DNA of 64,000 bases from Octopus sinensis. Its lineage: Eukaryota. The position numbers and the translations under genes were made by a program. How positions within the stretch are numbered: position 1 is the first letter of the stretch; each line of letters starts with the position of its first letter. The stretch lies in the NCBI RefSeq assembly GCF_006345805.1, contig NC_042998.1, positions 83,080,001-83,144,000 of the forward strand, in the 5' to 3' direction. The notes beneath the pieces were generated by a model that worked only from the letters and a program-made list of their open reading frames with translations, searched no databases and was not told the DNA's origin. Below are positions 63,769 to 64,000 of the stretch, one piece after another.

Positions 63769-64000
63769 CATACACATATATACACACATATACACATACA
63801 CACACATATACATGTGTGCAAACATACATACATTCTCATACAAGCACACACACTTACATTTACATATATACACACACTTACACACATATATACATACACA
63901 TATACATACATACATACATACATATATGCATACATACACACACACATATATATACATATACATACATACACATACACATACCATACATATATATACACAC
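61990..64000. repeat. Degenerate (CA)/(TA) microsatellite field with short unique interruptions
   Basis: Read directly. Confidence 0.95.

Noticed and set aside
57418-63998. Long Y/I/H/T- and C/V/Y/M-rich ORFs (up to 702 aa), and similar ORFs at 20.5, 24.1, 35.5, 48.5-49.8 and 52.8-53.5 kb
   Set aside because: They are translations of (TA)/(TG)/(CA) repeats, which lack stop codons in most frames.

Overview
AT-rich, intron-scale animal DNA, almost certainly octopus. This is inferred from the tRNA-derived SINEs, RTE LINE 3' ends with (GAT)n tails, and very long (TA/TG)n arrays. No long ORF in the supplied track is a host gene: they are transposon remnants or microsatellite translations. Two spliced host genes can be read by hand, head-to-head across a short CpG-containing promoter region at about 47.1-47.9 kb. 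(1) On +, coding exon 1 of endophilin B (SH3GLB-like; MDFDSVNAKMKKFALSAATALNRAVQ, 47819-47896); its first intron runs past the end of the window. (2) On -, an unannotated gene with a probable non-coding exon (41390-41496), an ATG exon (CDS 30323-30485, C-x4-CQHPYCW motif, reminiscent of C9orf43/DUF4647) and a phase-compatible second coding exon (23921-24059). An RFX X-box and a CCAAT box lie between the two genes. The introns hold hAT, mariner/Tc1 and piggyBac-type elements and MITEs, RTE, CR1 and R4/Dong-type LINEs, Penelope-like elements and several SINE families, often nested. The most notable structural signal is a set of minimal type-I hammerhead ribozyme motifs from three different Penelope-type terminal repeats. 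One (61721-61771, -) has an intact catalytic core. Another family (three copies) joins a tRNA-like Pol III module, an (AAT)n spacer and a hammerhead in one unit.
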